A program made the position numbers and the translations under genes. The notes under the pieces were generated by a model. It was not told the DNA's origin and did not search any database. It saw only the letters and a list, made by a program, of their open reading frames with translations. Below are positions 24,911 through 38,168 of a DNA stretch of 64,000 nt, piece after piece; position 1 is the stretch's first letter, and the number at the start of each line of letters is the position of its first letter. Location: contig CATNEN010000025.1 in the NCBI GenBank assembly GCA_950097015.1, forward strand, positions 5,208,001-5,272,000, read 5' to 3'. This DNA comes from Macrostomum hystrix (Eukaryota > Animalia > Platyhelminthes).

Positions 24911-25376
24911 GGTCCCAGGTCATTTCGGTGACAAGACATTTCGGTGACAGTCATTTCGGTGACACAATTGGTCAGATTGGTGACAACTATTTTTGCACCT
25001 AAATATGCTAATAAACAGCCTTCCATTTTAACTATGCACACATATAAAATATTAATTAAATAATGCTAAAAGTATTAATAAGAAGCTGCATCGCTATGTT
25101 AAAGTCTGGGTTTTACTTTAAATGAGTTAAATTATTAAATTATTTAATGAGTAGTCAATAGTTTCAATAGTTATTCGTTCCTAATTAAATGTGTATAATA
25201 ATCATTTTTCAAGTTTTGGATTGACAAGGCGAGTGCAGGCTTTAAGCAGCTGCTGGATCGTGGAAGGCTGTTTTCTTAGCATATTTAGGTGCAAAAATAG
25301 TTGTCACCGAACTGACCAATTCTGTCACCGAAATGACTGTCATTGAAATGTCTTGTCACCGAAATGACCTGAGACC
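24911..25376. mobile_element. 466-bp MITE with ~115-bp TIRs containing (catttcggtgaca) sub-repeats
   Basis: 24911-25025 is the near-perfect reverse complement of 25262-25376. The flanks gacagtac / aacagtac suggest an 8-bp TSD (7/8 match). Confidence 0.85.
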
Positions 25377-26423
25377 AACAGTACTATCCACCTTTAAACC
25401 ACTACTTGTCCTAAACTCTAGCTAACCTCTATTTAGCTAGCTACCCAAACTAAGCTTTGCTATATTAAACAATAGTAAAACATTAGTAATCCACCTGACC
25501 CAGCTGTGGTGGTCTTGTTGTATTCTCTGTGGAAGACATAGTCCTTTGCCTAGTATAATTTTAACTAACTAATGTCCCTAGCAGCAAAAAAACAACTTTC
25601 CACCTAGTAGCAGAGAGCAATGGCAATTTTTCTGTTCCACTAATAAATAAAAGTATACTAAACTGCCTTTTAAATTAAAAAATATAGGCCTATTCTATAA
25701 TGTAACAATTTGAATTGCATTGAAGTATATGTATATATTCTATCACTAATAAATGAAGCTAGGCCTATGTACACTTTTAGACACATGTGGGAGGGAATCA
25801 CTGATGCAAGCAATTAAAATGGACAGTTCAGGGCTTTCTTCTGAAGCTGAAAAAGTTTGATCTTTGAAAATACTAGCAAAAAATCATGTTTTTAGTATTT
25901 AGCTTCAGATTCACATTAATTTTTTATGAAATGAGTAGATTAACAATCACAAAAGAATTTCAAATCAAATAAGGCCACATTGAAACTATCAGTTCAGGCA
26001 TTCAGGCTGTAGACTCAAATACCATTCAACCAGACAGACAGGCCTTAGAGGTTTAATATAGTGGGATGGGAGAGGAGATGGGAGAAGAAATGACTTTAGC
26101 AATGTCGTGACAGTTGTGACCTATATATTACTTTTTATCATACATGTTTTTTCTAAAAAAATAAAAGTGCTTTAGAAAAAAGTTTTGTTTGCTTCTGACA
26201 AATAATTGTAGAGGGCCTAGCTATCTACACCACAATCATTAGTTTGTAACAGTCACCAGCATAGCAGCACCAGGTACCAAATTACCAAAAAGCCTCAGGT
26301 TTTCCAACGGCTTATCAGTTGTCAATAAACATAGCGCCTAGAAGGCTACAAGTCACAGTATTTCTTGCGACCTGACTATTCACTCGGCAGAGTGGTTTCA
26401 TAATTATATCCACCATATGACGC

Positions 26424-26634
26424 CATACATGGGCAACACCCAGCCGACCTGGCCGGTTGAAACAAGGGCCAAGCAAGGCTAAGTTACAAAAACCAATCAA
26501 CCAAGCGCAAAAAAATCAAAAGGGGGAACCAAGGGACAAAAAAGGAAGGCGTGAAGAAGAGGAAAAAGGGGAGAGAAAAATAGAACAAATGAGAGCAAAC
26601 TAAGTCGCACGATTTGGGAGGTTGCACATGTATG
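26424..26634 (+). mobile_element. hAT-like MITE, copy 1
   Basis: TIR CATACATGgGCAAC...GTTGCaCATGTATG; 8-bp flanks tatgacgc / tacgacgc (7/8). The interior is homologous to 53196-53447. Confidence 0.8.
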
Positions 26635-28559
26635 TACGACGCACAAGGCCTGCCTAGCCATAATTTCCCTTGCCAAACAAGACAAAGACAGGGGGACATG
26701 AATTCTCCCTTTAGAAAGTCTTCTAGAAGCAGAACCAGAAAAGAATAAGAAACAATGTATATTCCTAGCGATAAAGACTTTGTAAAAATAGTTTATGTCG
26801 ACATTACTATTGGCCGTACAAAAATTGCGTGATAAAAAGTGAAATGCGTAAGACTACGTTTGTCGGTTTGGAGTGATTCGTCATTTGACGAGTTTAATGC
26901 TTTAAGTTTTAATCAATGCAATTGTGATAGAATGTGATTTTTAATATATAATAATATAAAAATGATACACTTGTATCCTTATAATTTATTCTACTATACA
27001 GTGTGTGTATTTTGGTTTAATGTAGTTTCTTAGAAATACGCCAGCTTTAAAATGCTCAGAACTTAAATAATTTTAGTGTAATAAATGTAGTTGTGGTTGC
27101 CGCGCTTTTGAATTTACCAACACGAAGATATAGTTGAAATTATTGAGATAATATGAGATTTTTACGTTAATGTTTATTTGACGACAAGGAACTGAGTGAC
27201 GAACTACGACGACAAACTTAATCGAGCGACTTGATCCCTGAGAACGCCCCCCAGAAAAGACGTGCAAACCTGTTTAAATTATCAGCAGCTAAAAAATTAG
27301 CATAACAAAGTATTAACATTAAAATACAGAAGACGGTTTGAATAATAGGCGGACATACATTATAAATTATGATTTAGTTTAAACAATCGCACTATTTTGA
27401 GGGAAAGGGACAATTTCATTACATAAGTTGATTGATTTAACATGGTACGTAAGTTAGTTCACCAACTTATGGCTCACTTCACTTATTTAGCGAGTAGTCC
27501 CGTAACGGACAAACGCTATCTGACTATAGATCTAGAGTTAGAGTAGCTTGTACTGAGTAAGTAGTTTAATTCTTTAACAGGGTGTTATTAGGCAGCTTAT
27601 TAATAATAACTTTATAGGCCCGAAATTGCAGTTCTAGCTCGATATATACAGATCTTTGGTCAAACAGAAATTTTCTTACTTTCATAAATTAACGTTTATT
27701 CTATTTAACTCTCAATTAATATTAGAAAAGCTGAATTATGATAGTTCCAAACAAATGCCCTACTCATGTCTTGTCAATGTTACTGTAGATATCATGATAT
27801 TCTAAATTGCCAATTAAGTATCATTATAATGATGACTCATTAGGTATATGGATAGGAAAAAAATTAAAAATCAAAATGATAATTATGATGAATTTTCTTT
27901 CTAAATTGAATGTTGACATTACCAATCACAAAATGTAAAAAATGGAAAATGTGAAATGTTTAAGCAATGTATAAATGTTACTGTAAGGAAGAACTAGTGA
28001 CAGCTATCAAAAGTCGCAGCTACATTTTACTGAGATAATTCCAATATTATATTTTTCCAGATAGAGGATAGGAAGCACTTTTATTAAAAAACCATAAAGT
28101 GAATTACATATACAATAATTTAGAATTAAGATATATATTTCTCAGTTCCTAGACACTTTGTCATCTAACCAATCAAAGGAACTTAATATTTGGTCACTTC
28201 GTCATCTATGAATCCTCAATTCCCTGCTCCTATCAATGAATTCAGAGCTTCACAAAATACTTGCAAAAGACAATGATGGAGTTATGACCCACAAAGATGG
28301 TTGTGTACTTTATGTATACAATAATATCACAAAGATGCTTATGTCACATGTAGAAAGCTCACATATGCAAAATAAAAGACAAAGGTATCGAAAAGTTAAA
28401 AAGCCAGACAGAAAATATTTTTTTTTCATAAAAATTTAATTTTTTTCATTTTTGGTAAAGTAAATCACATTTTATGAATTTGATAAAATCACTTTACCAC
28501 TGATCCCTTCTATGAAATTAACTTAGCCATCATGAGCCAGGCCACTGAACCTTGATATG

Positions 28560-29145
28560 TGACCTGGGCATGAGCAGGTAAGCAAGAAGCTTCTGATGAA
28601 TACTTGGCACTAGCACAATACTTGGCCTAATTGGTTTTAGCAGGTTCCTGTAGGCCCTGGAAGTGTTGCTTATGCTGATACTCCCATGGTCCCTGCGCGT
28701 GCACTAGGGATGCATGAACTGGCACAAGCAGTGCTTCCTTTTGCAGCAGCTCCATCAGAGGATACAGTGTCAATTGCATATGCCTTTGCACTCGTTGTTC
28801 ATCTCGATAGTTTGGCCAAAAATGCTGATCTCACGAGTAGAATGCACAGCATTTTCGAGCCATGTGCTGCTAACATACTCTGCTAGGTCAAGAAGCTCAG
28901 TAGATTTGATGCCTGCAATGACATGCACCAAGACATCTGCCATGTGCTCCCCAGGAAGGTAGGGCAAGGCCATCAGCATGCGGTAGATCAGTAAGATAGG
29001 TGCACTGAAGGCCTTGATTTTGCACTCGATGGAAGATGATGGCCTGGCCTGTCTGTTAGTGAAACAAACAGCCTCCAACTTGGCATTTGGAAAAATACTG
29101 TGTACAGACTGCCAACCAGCAGCTTCAAATTCAAGTACGCAAACT
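28560..29145 (-). pseudogene. Degraded MULE (Mutator-like) transposase fragment
   Basis: EFEAAGWQSVHSIFPNAKLEAVCF; IYRMLMALPYLPGEH; ELLDLAEYVSSTWLENAV...SIFGQTIEMNNECKG; LTLYPLMELLQKEA. These follow the DFE-AA...GC-FH...RTNN-EGW pattern of animal MULE transposases, with frameshifts. Confidence 0.7.
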
Positions 29146-29780
29146 CCCTAATGGAGCAAATTTAAAAAGCTGTGGACACTCCTGCTAGGCGCGCAGGTGC
29201 ACAGTTGGTTTCAAGAAAAAGAGCGCAAATGCACAATTGCTATATATCTTCAGTCTGACTCAATGTAGTGATTGATTTCACAAAAAAATGTCAAAATACC
29301 TTTTTTATCTTTGTAGTGTATTTCTATAATTACAACAGCTAAGGTTATGTCTTTTCGCACTCGGGCACTGTGGAGCATGTATTCATGTTTGCAAATGAAT
29401 GTGTGCCCCTCCAGCAAAAAATTTCTGTAACTGTGCCTGGCTAGAATCACACCTACATGTACATGTAAGTTTATTTTAATATGTAAATGTGTACCTAAGT
29501 GAATGCATGGATATATGGCACGGGTGCACACTGCTATACCATGTTCACCTACATGTACATTTAAATGTATTTTATAATGTGTCATATTGTACATTTTTTT
29601 GAATGCACAAGGTGCAAGTACAGAGGCACAAAGTCCAGGGCCAATTCAAATTGCAAATCCTTGGGTGGTTGGGGTTGCCCATCCTGCCTGGCCCGTTAGT
29701 TGCATGGACCAGATTGGCAATGCTGGGAACTTTGGGGACATTTCGCAGTTCACTGTCTTAAAGTTCACGTTGCCTTAAAA

Positions 29781-29985
29781 AATAGGTGCACTGTGTGGAG
29801 TCGTCTTAGATGGGGGTTGGTGCTGAAATAAAGAAGGCACTTTGCAGGTGTACTGAGTGGAGTCAACTTAAGGTGCAATGGCTAAAATAAACTAGGCACA
29901 TTGCCTTCAATAAAGATAGGTGCACTGTGTGGAGTCGTCTTAGATTGGGGTTGGTGCTGAAATAAAGAAGGCACATTGCAGGTAA
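29781..29985. repeat. Local direct duplication of ~70 bp
   Basis: ataggtgcactgtgtggagtcgtcttagat-ggggttggtgctgaaataaagaaggcac-ttgcaggt occurs twice, ~133 bp apart. Confidence 0.85.
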
Positions 29986-31233
29986 GCAATTTTTATTGAA
30001 AATGATTATCAATTTAGAATATAGCCTGCAAATTAGGAAAACTGCACATATTTTTTTCACACCCCCTATTATGTCAATTTAGAATATTTTGGCTGGACAC
30101 CTACTAATAAACATAATGCAAACAAACAGAAGATAGCATACAGTGACAGACAGTTTGGAGAACAAAAAGACTAATTTGAAGTCAGAGTAATTTGAATTGA
30201 AAAGGTAATCAATCAATTCGGATAAAAGGTACTCATTTAGGCTTTACAGTGCAGATTTTTCTCACCCTTTCTCATAATTTTTTCCTGTTTTTTCAACTAG
30301 CTTGGAGTTTGTTGGCTTAGTCAAGTTGCATTCCAGTCAGATCGCAAACTTGTCCTTGTTCTGGAGCTTTCAATGGTTGCTTGCCATAGATTGATGCCTT
30401 ATGCTACTCCTCAGCAATGTAGATAACCAGTGGATATGCCCTCTAGATACAGTTGCTAGCTCCAGAGGTTGGCTGCATATTGTATACTAGATAAAATATA
30501 AAACAAGATAGAACAAGATAGAATAGATAAAAAAATATTCTACAATAAAAATGCAACAGGCATGTTGTTAATTAAGTGATTTATAATAATACTCTTCGAA
30601 AGCTGATGGTTATATTTTTGTTAACAAGTGAGAATTTGATTTACTTATTAGGTGATACAAATACAAAGAATATAAACTAACCAGTAAGCATAAATGAACT
30701 GCAAAATTTTTTTTTAAGTTTCTTTTGACTTTGATTTATGTCATATGTAATACTTATGGATGATAACTGTGGCATCATTTTCTGTAAGGATACTTTATTG
30801 GAACTAGCGATGATAATCATATTCGTATAATTGATATCATATAATTTGTTATTATATCTGAAATCTCTCTTGTATAAATTGACAAGGCCATCCTTGAGGG
30901 TGTGTAGGAGTGAGAGAGAGGCAACAACTGCAGAAAAGGGAAAACTTTTATTTTGCCCTCATTCATATGCTGCGCACAGTTTAAACTTAAATAACGAAAA
31001 ATTGCCTCGAAAAAGAAGATTGAATCTAATTAAAGTGGGTTATAGTTACCCTGTAACCAGTAAAGGAGCCTACGTCCCGAAAAAATTAATTTATTCTCGA
31101 ATTAGACGCTGAATAATAAAGCGGTTTATCGTGAAATTCCACACAAATTTAGATACGAAGGAAGGAAGTTGGTCTTATTTTAAGAGTTGAACACTCAAAG
31201 CTTACAAATCAGTTTGACGCAATAATCTTTCAG

Positions 31234-34200
31234 GACTCATTGGAGGCGGAGGCGGGCAGTCCGCCAGTCGATCCGTCCCGCTATCACAGGCTGACGCCTA
31301 TTTCGCCGCCTAGCGACGATCCCGACGACGACCAGGACGATGCGGCGTCTGACGCTGCCGTTGTTGGCGGCGATTCATCATTAGCTACTGATCGGCTTGG
31401 CGGTGACTCCGTGACTGTGCATCCGGAATACCTGGCCCTGCCGCCGGCTCTGACTCCTCAACAGACGCGCGCCGAACGCAGCACAGTCTTAGCTGACCGA
31501 GAAGTGTCATTCTTTACTAGGACAACTGCGGCCGCCGCTGCTACAGACAACCATCATCCTACAGATGCTGATGAAGCTAGCGAGCTGTCCGTTCGGGCGC
31601 GTGACCTGCTTGAGGCAACCGCGTATGCTGCGGCCGACAATGCGAGCCAGCCCGCTGATTTGGCTGTTACTGATGCTGGCGGCTCGTTTGATTATGATAG
31701 TCTGCGACGTGATTTGGCTAGCATTCAGGTAGGTCGCATCGGGTCCTGATATGATATCAGCCTTTCATTGTCCAATGAGTAAGCCGGCCTTGCGGAACCA
31801 ACTCAAAACAGTTCTGCCCTTCAGACCATCGAGATATTCAACGGTCCTTCGATTTTGCCGATAAGAGCTTGTGTATTTCATGCATCCCTACATGAATTTG
31901 CACTGCCTGCAGCTCCGTCTAGATATAGGTCGGTGATCACCGGAGTCGGAAATAATGCAGGCACATTCGGGTGACGTGCTGATAAACTTTAAAGACCTGG
32001 CAATGCCACACTGTGGCGCATTGCAATTTTGTCTACAGCCCAATGAGTAAGCCGGCTTTGCAGAAACAAGTCAAAAAAGCCTCTGCAAGGTGCGCACAAA
32101 TTGGGCATACCAACCTGGTTGCAATATTAAGAGGATCTTTTATTACAGCTTTGGCTCCATTGAATGATCCTAGAGCTTGCAACAACATTAAAAAAATAAA
32201 TAAACCATATAACAACAATTTCTGATTGGTGTGGATAAGGGGTGGATCGACAAGGCGTCCAACTCTCGCTTTTAAGTCTTTGAGCTCAAATCCGTGGCGA
32301 GATTCCATGAGGACCAACCCTCTGTACAGTGTCAGTGCAGTCACAATTGACCGGTTTTAGTATTGGTTTTCAACCCCTGACCAAACCTTTTAGTAAGACA
32401 AAAACCTTGACGTCTGCTTTCTGTTCAGGGTTGTTAACCTCTTGTTAAACTAATTTTTTCTCGTTCAAATAAATTCTATCATTCACCTTCCACAGCCCAA
32501 TGAGTAAGCCGGCTTTGCAGAAACAAGTCAAATAAAATGTCTGCAAGGTGTGCACAAATTGGGCATACCAACCTGGTTGCAATATTAAGAGGATCTTTTA
32601 TTAAAGCTTTGACTCCACTGAATGATCCTAGAGCTTGCAACAACATTCACATGCTGTTATGATTCATAGTTTGTTGTTCAATAAGTTGTAGCTTGAGGCG
32701 TAAGATTGTGTGCACTGCCTTATGGCGGTGAGAAAGTCAGGGGCAGATGTACACATTTCCCCTGTGTGCCCCTGATGATCCAAAGTACTATTCGAAAAAT
32801 AAATGTCAAGTCAATTGGAATTGGTATAAGTACAAGCATTGGTTTATACGTGTTCAATTTTACGCGTGTGCAATTGAGACAGATTTTATATTATTTTTTA
32901 TCAATTTAACGGTTGTAAACGACAGGCCAGGCTAGCGAATCGTGGCTACCATCTGCCGACAAGGATTCAACCACAGGCCTCTTCGCAGCAGCAGCAGCAG
33001 TCTGGCTGGGCAGAATCGCGCCGATTGAAGTGGGACTACGGTGCGGACCTGGGTGGTCGTCGAACCGGTTGCAGCCGTGGCGTCGGCGTTTCACCTGTCA
33101 GGTCTGCGGCTACAGATGCTTCGGGTTTGAATCGCCACGGTGCCGGCTTTCTGAGCAGCCCCAGTCCTGAGTACGAAGAGCAGGCAGTACGAGAAGGTCC
33201 CACTGAGAGTCGGTCTTTAGGTGAGTTTAATCGTCTTAACAACAGCTATATATGAGAATAACACTCATTAGATGACATTTCCTTGCATCTTAGAGTCTGC
33301 TTCATTATCAGCCGCTAAAAACGGAGGAGAAGAGACTGCGGCGGCTGCTTCGGCGCCAAACTCGGCCAGGTCGCAGGACACCAATGCCAGCACCAGCACT
33401 AAGGAGTCGACGCATACGGGCTCCGATGACGCCAGACCGCCGCGCTTTCCTGCAGACGCATTCGGCAGTCGGCCCTCGCCCAGGACCCCAGGCCCAGCTG
33501 CTGTCGGCGACAGGGGCGGCGGAGGCGGCAGTCGGGTTGGCGGACTATACGCACGCAGTCCGCGCGATCCGCCCCAGCCTGAAGGCCTGCAGGCGGCCTG
33601 GGAGCGCTTCCATCGGCAGGGCGGGCGAAGGGAGCTGCGTCAACTTCGCCGGGTCCTGGCTGACCCGCTGCAGGCGCTGCTGTTGACTGTTGGCCGGGAC
33701 GACTGTGGCAGCTTTGAGGAGGACGAAGACGAGATTTCCTACTGCTATGAGGATGGTGTTGATGTAGACGACGACGCTATTGAAAGCAGCATCGGTGGCA
33801 CCGGAGCTGACGCCACAACAGCGGAGCTGCAGGCGGCGCTGCTGCGTCAGCGGGCGCGGCTGCTGGACGCAGTGGCCGCTGAGCGACGCCGGCGAGAGCG
33901 AATCGACATTCTGCGCCGGCTAATCCGACAGCGGCGTCGGGCCCACACAGCCGCTGCGATGGTCGCTGCCGTGACGCAGCCTGAACCGGATGAAGACTCG
34001 GATCCGGTGGCAGGCGAGGACACGATTGTCGATGATGCTCTGTCTAGCGATCGAACAGACGCTACGCAGGAGATAGATGAGATGACGCTACCGCATAGCG
34101 CTGCCAGAGCCACCGCTGTAGACAGTGTGGTTGCTAAGAAAGCCAATCCGGTTGCTAAGGGTGCAGCTAAGCGCAATGACGGCGGCACCTACAAGTTAAA

Positions 34201-34729
34201 CGGCACGAAGCATCGCCAGAGCAGAATGCCCGTCGGCACCTACAAAATCGATTCGGGTTCTGCTTCCGTTGCCAAGGCAACTGACAAAAGCGATTTGGCT
34301 CCAGCAGCCGTCGGTCTAGTCCCCGACTCAGCTGACGATTCCAGGTCAGCTCAGCCCCTGACCTGGTTCCTGCCGCTAGCACACACCGCCAGCGACGCCG
34401 ACGCTACCAGGCGTCGACAGCAGCGGGCAGCCGTTCTGGCTGCTCGGAGTCGATCGCGTCGGGATCGGCTACAGTCGGCCGCAGCCGCCAGACAGGCCCT
34501 TGCCGAGGCCGAGGCTCGCCTGCCGAAGCCGCCGCCGCTGGTTGCCACCCGCCAGCCGCTTCGGGTTGCGTCGCTGCCGTCAACTTCGGCGCCGACGTCG
34601 AGCGCCGCCGCAGCCGCCAGGCTTGAACGGGAGAGACGCGAGGCTGCAAAGCGGACTAACCGGCTGCGCAAGCAGATCTACGGCGAGCGGCTGCTGCGCT
34701 CTGTGTTGCTGCGAACTGCCGAGCGGTGA
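31234..34729 (+). CDS. ALMS1: ALMS-motif centrosomal protein (ALMS1-like); exons 31234-31728, 32926-33220, 33294-34729; first exon not identified
   Basis: The C-terminus RLERERREAAKRTNRLRKQIYGERLLRSVLLR aligns with the recalled ALMS motif end (KREEEKRKSEYKSYRLRAQLYKKRVTNQLLGR). TWFLP resembles ALMS1 SWFVP, and ARSRSRRDRL resembles SRSGERIKRL. GT-AG introns with phases 0 and 1 are consistent. Orthology versus CEP295/C10orf90 is not resolved. Confidence 0.65.
31772..32648 (+). repeat. Dispersed ~150-bp module A (partial 31772, full 32039-32188 and 32497-32648) flanking module B, in an ALMS-gene intron
   Basis: gcccaatgagtaagccggctttgcagaaac...gatcctagagcttgcaacaacatt is repeated directly. The same A-B-x-A arrangement occurs inverted at 50531-51770. 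Confidence 0.85.
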
Positions 34730-36417
34730 CCCGACTGGCTGACCGTCTAGAATGATCTGCCTCACGCCCACAGCAGTAAATCACTCTTGATTGGCATTAC
34801 CAAGTATTAATACGAGCGTATATATTAGCTATTAGCTAATTATTTCTGCTATACATTTCCTCATCGTAACTTTCCGTCTACTATCCGTTTATTAGCCTCG
34901 TTTAGTTATTTAGCAGGTAATTTTATTCTCATTTTACCGATGTTATTCTAGGTCGCTGTGTAGAAATATTTTCTATGTTTTAATGCTTCACATTTACTCG
35001 TATAACAATCTGTAGGTTGATCTTAACACGGAGTAAGGAAATTTGATAATCTAGGAGTGCTTTTTGAAAGACTTGCTTTGCACAATCTAAAAATATTATT
35101 TTGACATCTGACAAACACAATGAGAGATTTCGAGTTGATAAATTTATCTAAATGATCTCTAATCATATTTCTTCTCAGTGATAGTCTAAAAATGTAGAAT
35201 ATTTTCTGATTTATTTAGATTTTAAATGATATAAGTAAACATTTCTGTTAATTATGGGACATAAGAATGCACAATCTGTTTATCACTACCAAAATTCCAT
35301 AGTAAATTGCGGTTTTAGTACTTTCTTTGCTCTTTCAGAACTTAAACAAATATTACACGTTATTATTGATTTGTTACTAACAGTAGTATTTTTTTCATTA
35401 ATTTTCGTTCTATAGTTTTATTCTTTATCTGCAGAATCCCTAACTCTTCATTAGAAGCCTAATGTCTAACAGGTAAGCAGTCACACCTAACAGGGAATTT
35501 TTTTCTGTAGATTTTCTGTCCCTTGCTTCAAAGAGTACATGCATTTTCAACATTTACTTTACCTTTGTCTCAACAATGGGACTTTTGTGCTTACATCGCA
35601 GTCCACTGCCCTTCCGCACTGTACGCCTGCTTATTCCACCCCGCATTTCCTATTCTAGATTTATTTGTTTCTTTTTTGTCGCTTTTTTATATAAAAAATC
35701 CTAAAATACTACTTTTATGTCTTGCGCAACTAGTTTTATGTATTTTGTCTGGAAAAATTTAATGCTATAAAGTTAAATTTTGTATAATTTTGCTAAGCCG
35801 CAGCAATTGTCTACTTATAGTAAGAAGCATATTTCTCCATTTTTAGTTTTTTATAGTTACACTGATTTTCCTTTTTAAATAGCTCGTATTGCTCGTATTA
35901 AATATACATATAAATTATTCTCTCTAATGCCGTCCCTATGTTCTACCTGTCTATTGACGCACTTAATTTAAGAAATGAGCATTTAAATTTAACAAATTGT
36001 TATCTTAGTTATTAACTTTAATATGAGTCTAGACAAATTATGCTATGCCAATAGAGAAGGTTATAGAGACGGTTATCGAGACGAATATAATTATATCACA
36101 TTTATCAGTGATAGTTTCATATTAAGATTTTCATTCCACCAGCTTTAGCTAGTTAGTGTTTACATTAACGTATAAAATGTGTACGCTGTGTAGGCCCCGC
36201 TGTGCCTCTTCCATGAGCCATTAGGACCTGCGATATTCTTATCCGATAAGATGGTGATGCGATTTGGCATGACGGTAAATTTTAGTTTCAGTTGCAACCA
36301 TAACTGAAGGCTCGAGTTTCACGGCTATTGGCGGCACTAACACGAAAGGAACTTCCTCCGATCGTTCGGTTCTCTAATGCTTCAGTTAATTAGCTGATTT
36401 TCTATAATTCTTCACTT

Positions 36418-36900
36418 GACAGTTAACAGTTCCGTCCTCTGATACTTCAGTAAGCTAACAGTTCCGTCCTCTGATCCTTCAGTAAGCTGACAGTTCCTCC
36501 CCCTGATCCTTCAGTAAGCTAACAGTTCCGTCCTCTGATACTTCAGTAAGCTAACAGTTCCGTCCTCTGATACTTCAGTCAGCTGACAGTTCCTCCCCCC
36601 TGATCCTTCAGTAAGCTGACAGTTCCACCCAATGATCCTTCAGTAAGCTGACAGTTCCTCCCCCTGATCCTTCAGTAAGCTAACAGTTCCGTCCCCTGAT
36701 CCTTCAGTAAGCTGACAGTTCCGTCCCCTGATCATTCAGTAAGCTAACAGTTCCACCCAATGATCCTTCAGTAAGCTGACAGTTCCACCCAATGATCCTT
36801 CAGTAAGCTGACAGTTCCACCCAATGATCCTTCAGTAAGCTGACAGTTCCACCCAATGATCCTTCAGTAAGCTGACAGTTCCACCCAATGATCCTTCTGT
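36418..36900. repeat. 32-33-bp minisatellite (cagtaagctgacagttccacccaatgatcctt)n, ~14-15 copies
   Basis: Tandem copies with three variant cores (cgtcctct, ctccccct, acccaat). Confidence 0.95.
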
Positions 36901-38168
36901 TAGCGGAACGGCCCGCCCTTGAAATTTCAATGCCAGCTTTTTTCTTTCTAAAAGTTTGACATTGCTAAAGAATGTCGGAATGAGTAATTTGGCAGTAAAA
37001 AAATTTTTAAGCAGAAAGCTTAATTTAGTCTGTTTCCACATTCCAATTTAAGCAAGCAAGCATTTGAAGAATTCGATACTCGCAGTCGAAATCATTGCTG
37101 TGTTAATTTGAAGATGACTAGCTATGGCTCGGCCAAGTTAGTCACAGAGCCATTAAACTTTTGTGTATAAAACAGCTAGATAATGTGATGTGAAATAGCA
37201 CCGCTGGTGTGCGCAGGAATCACATTCCAGTTTCTCTACTTTTGAAATACGCACATAAGACGAATCTTAAAGATTTAATGCCGAGAACAGATGCACATAC
37301 GAGTACATAGCAACAAAAGCCGACTATTCTTAAATGTTTGCGTGCAATGCTTAACTTGCTTGCAGTTTACGACTACAGACGCTCGGGTTGGGTCCACTGC
37401 CCACAACTTGCCTTTCTTAATGCCCAATTGATGTGACAGACAGTAGTATTCTTGGGTTGGAATGTTCAAAATGCGAATGAACACTGAGCAGCAAAATGTT
37501 TTCAACTCTACCGTTGGCGGGGTGATTCACACAGCTGGCACCTGGCTGTACGCAATAGTTACCCGGTGGACATTTGCTTAACTACTAACCCACTGGCATT
37601 CGTTACACCATTAAATTGACTTTAGGCCAGCCAAGGTGCCCCACACCAGACCCGTAAACAGATAGTATTCTATTGATCTCAGCTCTGGTCGTTTATTTAA
37701 TTACAGCGGCACGCCCCAGCGTTCGTTCTTTTCTTTCTCTCTCTGGTGGTTTACAGAGAACGAGACGCACGAGACGGGCTGGGGTTAAGAGGAGGAGGGG
37801 CTTTCGCCACGTTTTTTGGTCCATGGGGTGGCGGGTCAGGAGGGTTATGGCCCTTCCACCAGCAAACCCATGTACATTCTATAACCTAACTGTACATTCA
37901 ACCGTCCCTCGTCCCTCTATAAATTTTTTAACCCGCCCCTATAGGAAGCGAGTTATTTCTCGTCACCCTTCCCTTTCCTGTTGTTTGTCTTTACTCTTTT
38001 GGCTCTTACCCACTTTTCTTTTTTATTTTCGTTTTGTTCACTGCCAAGTAGGCAAGCAAGCAATAGGACCGGTCTCATCCTGCCGTTTCACGGAAGAGCT
38101 GCTATAAAAGTCCCCCCCTGCTTCCATTTTTTATCAATTACTGATATTCGAAAGCTAAACGGCAAAAG

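Noticed and set aside
32039-32075. Module A segment CCAATGAG-hairpin-GAAACAAGTC resembling a minimal hammerhead
   Set aside because: The core is CCAAUGA rather than CUGAUGA in all copies, and helix I cannot pair.
5309-34729. Two cilia/centrosome genes (CFAP92, ALMS-like) and two trafficking genes (SFT2, ARF) in one window as a functional cluster
   Set aside because: Such genes are numerous and are separated here by unrelated DNA; nothing in the sequence indicates co-regulation.
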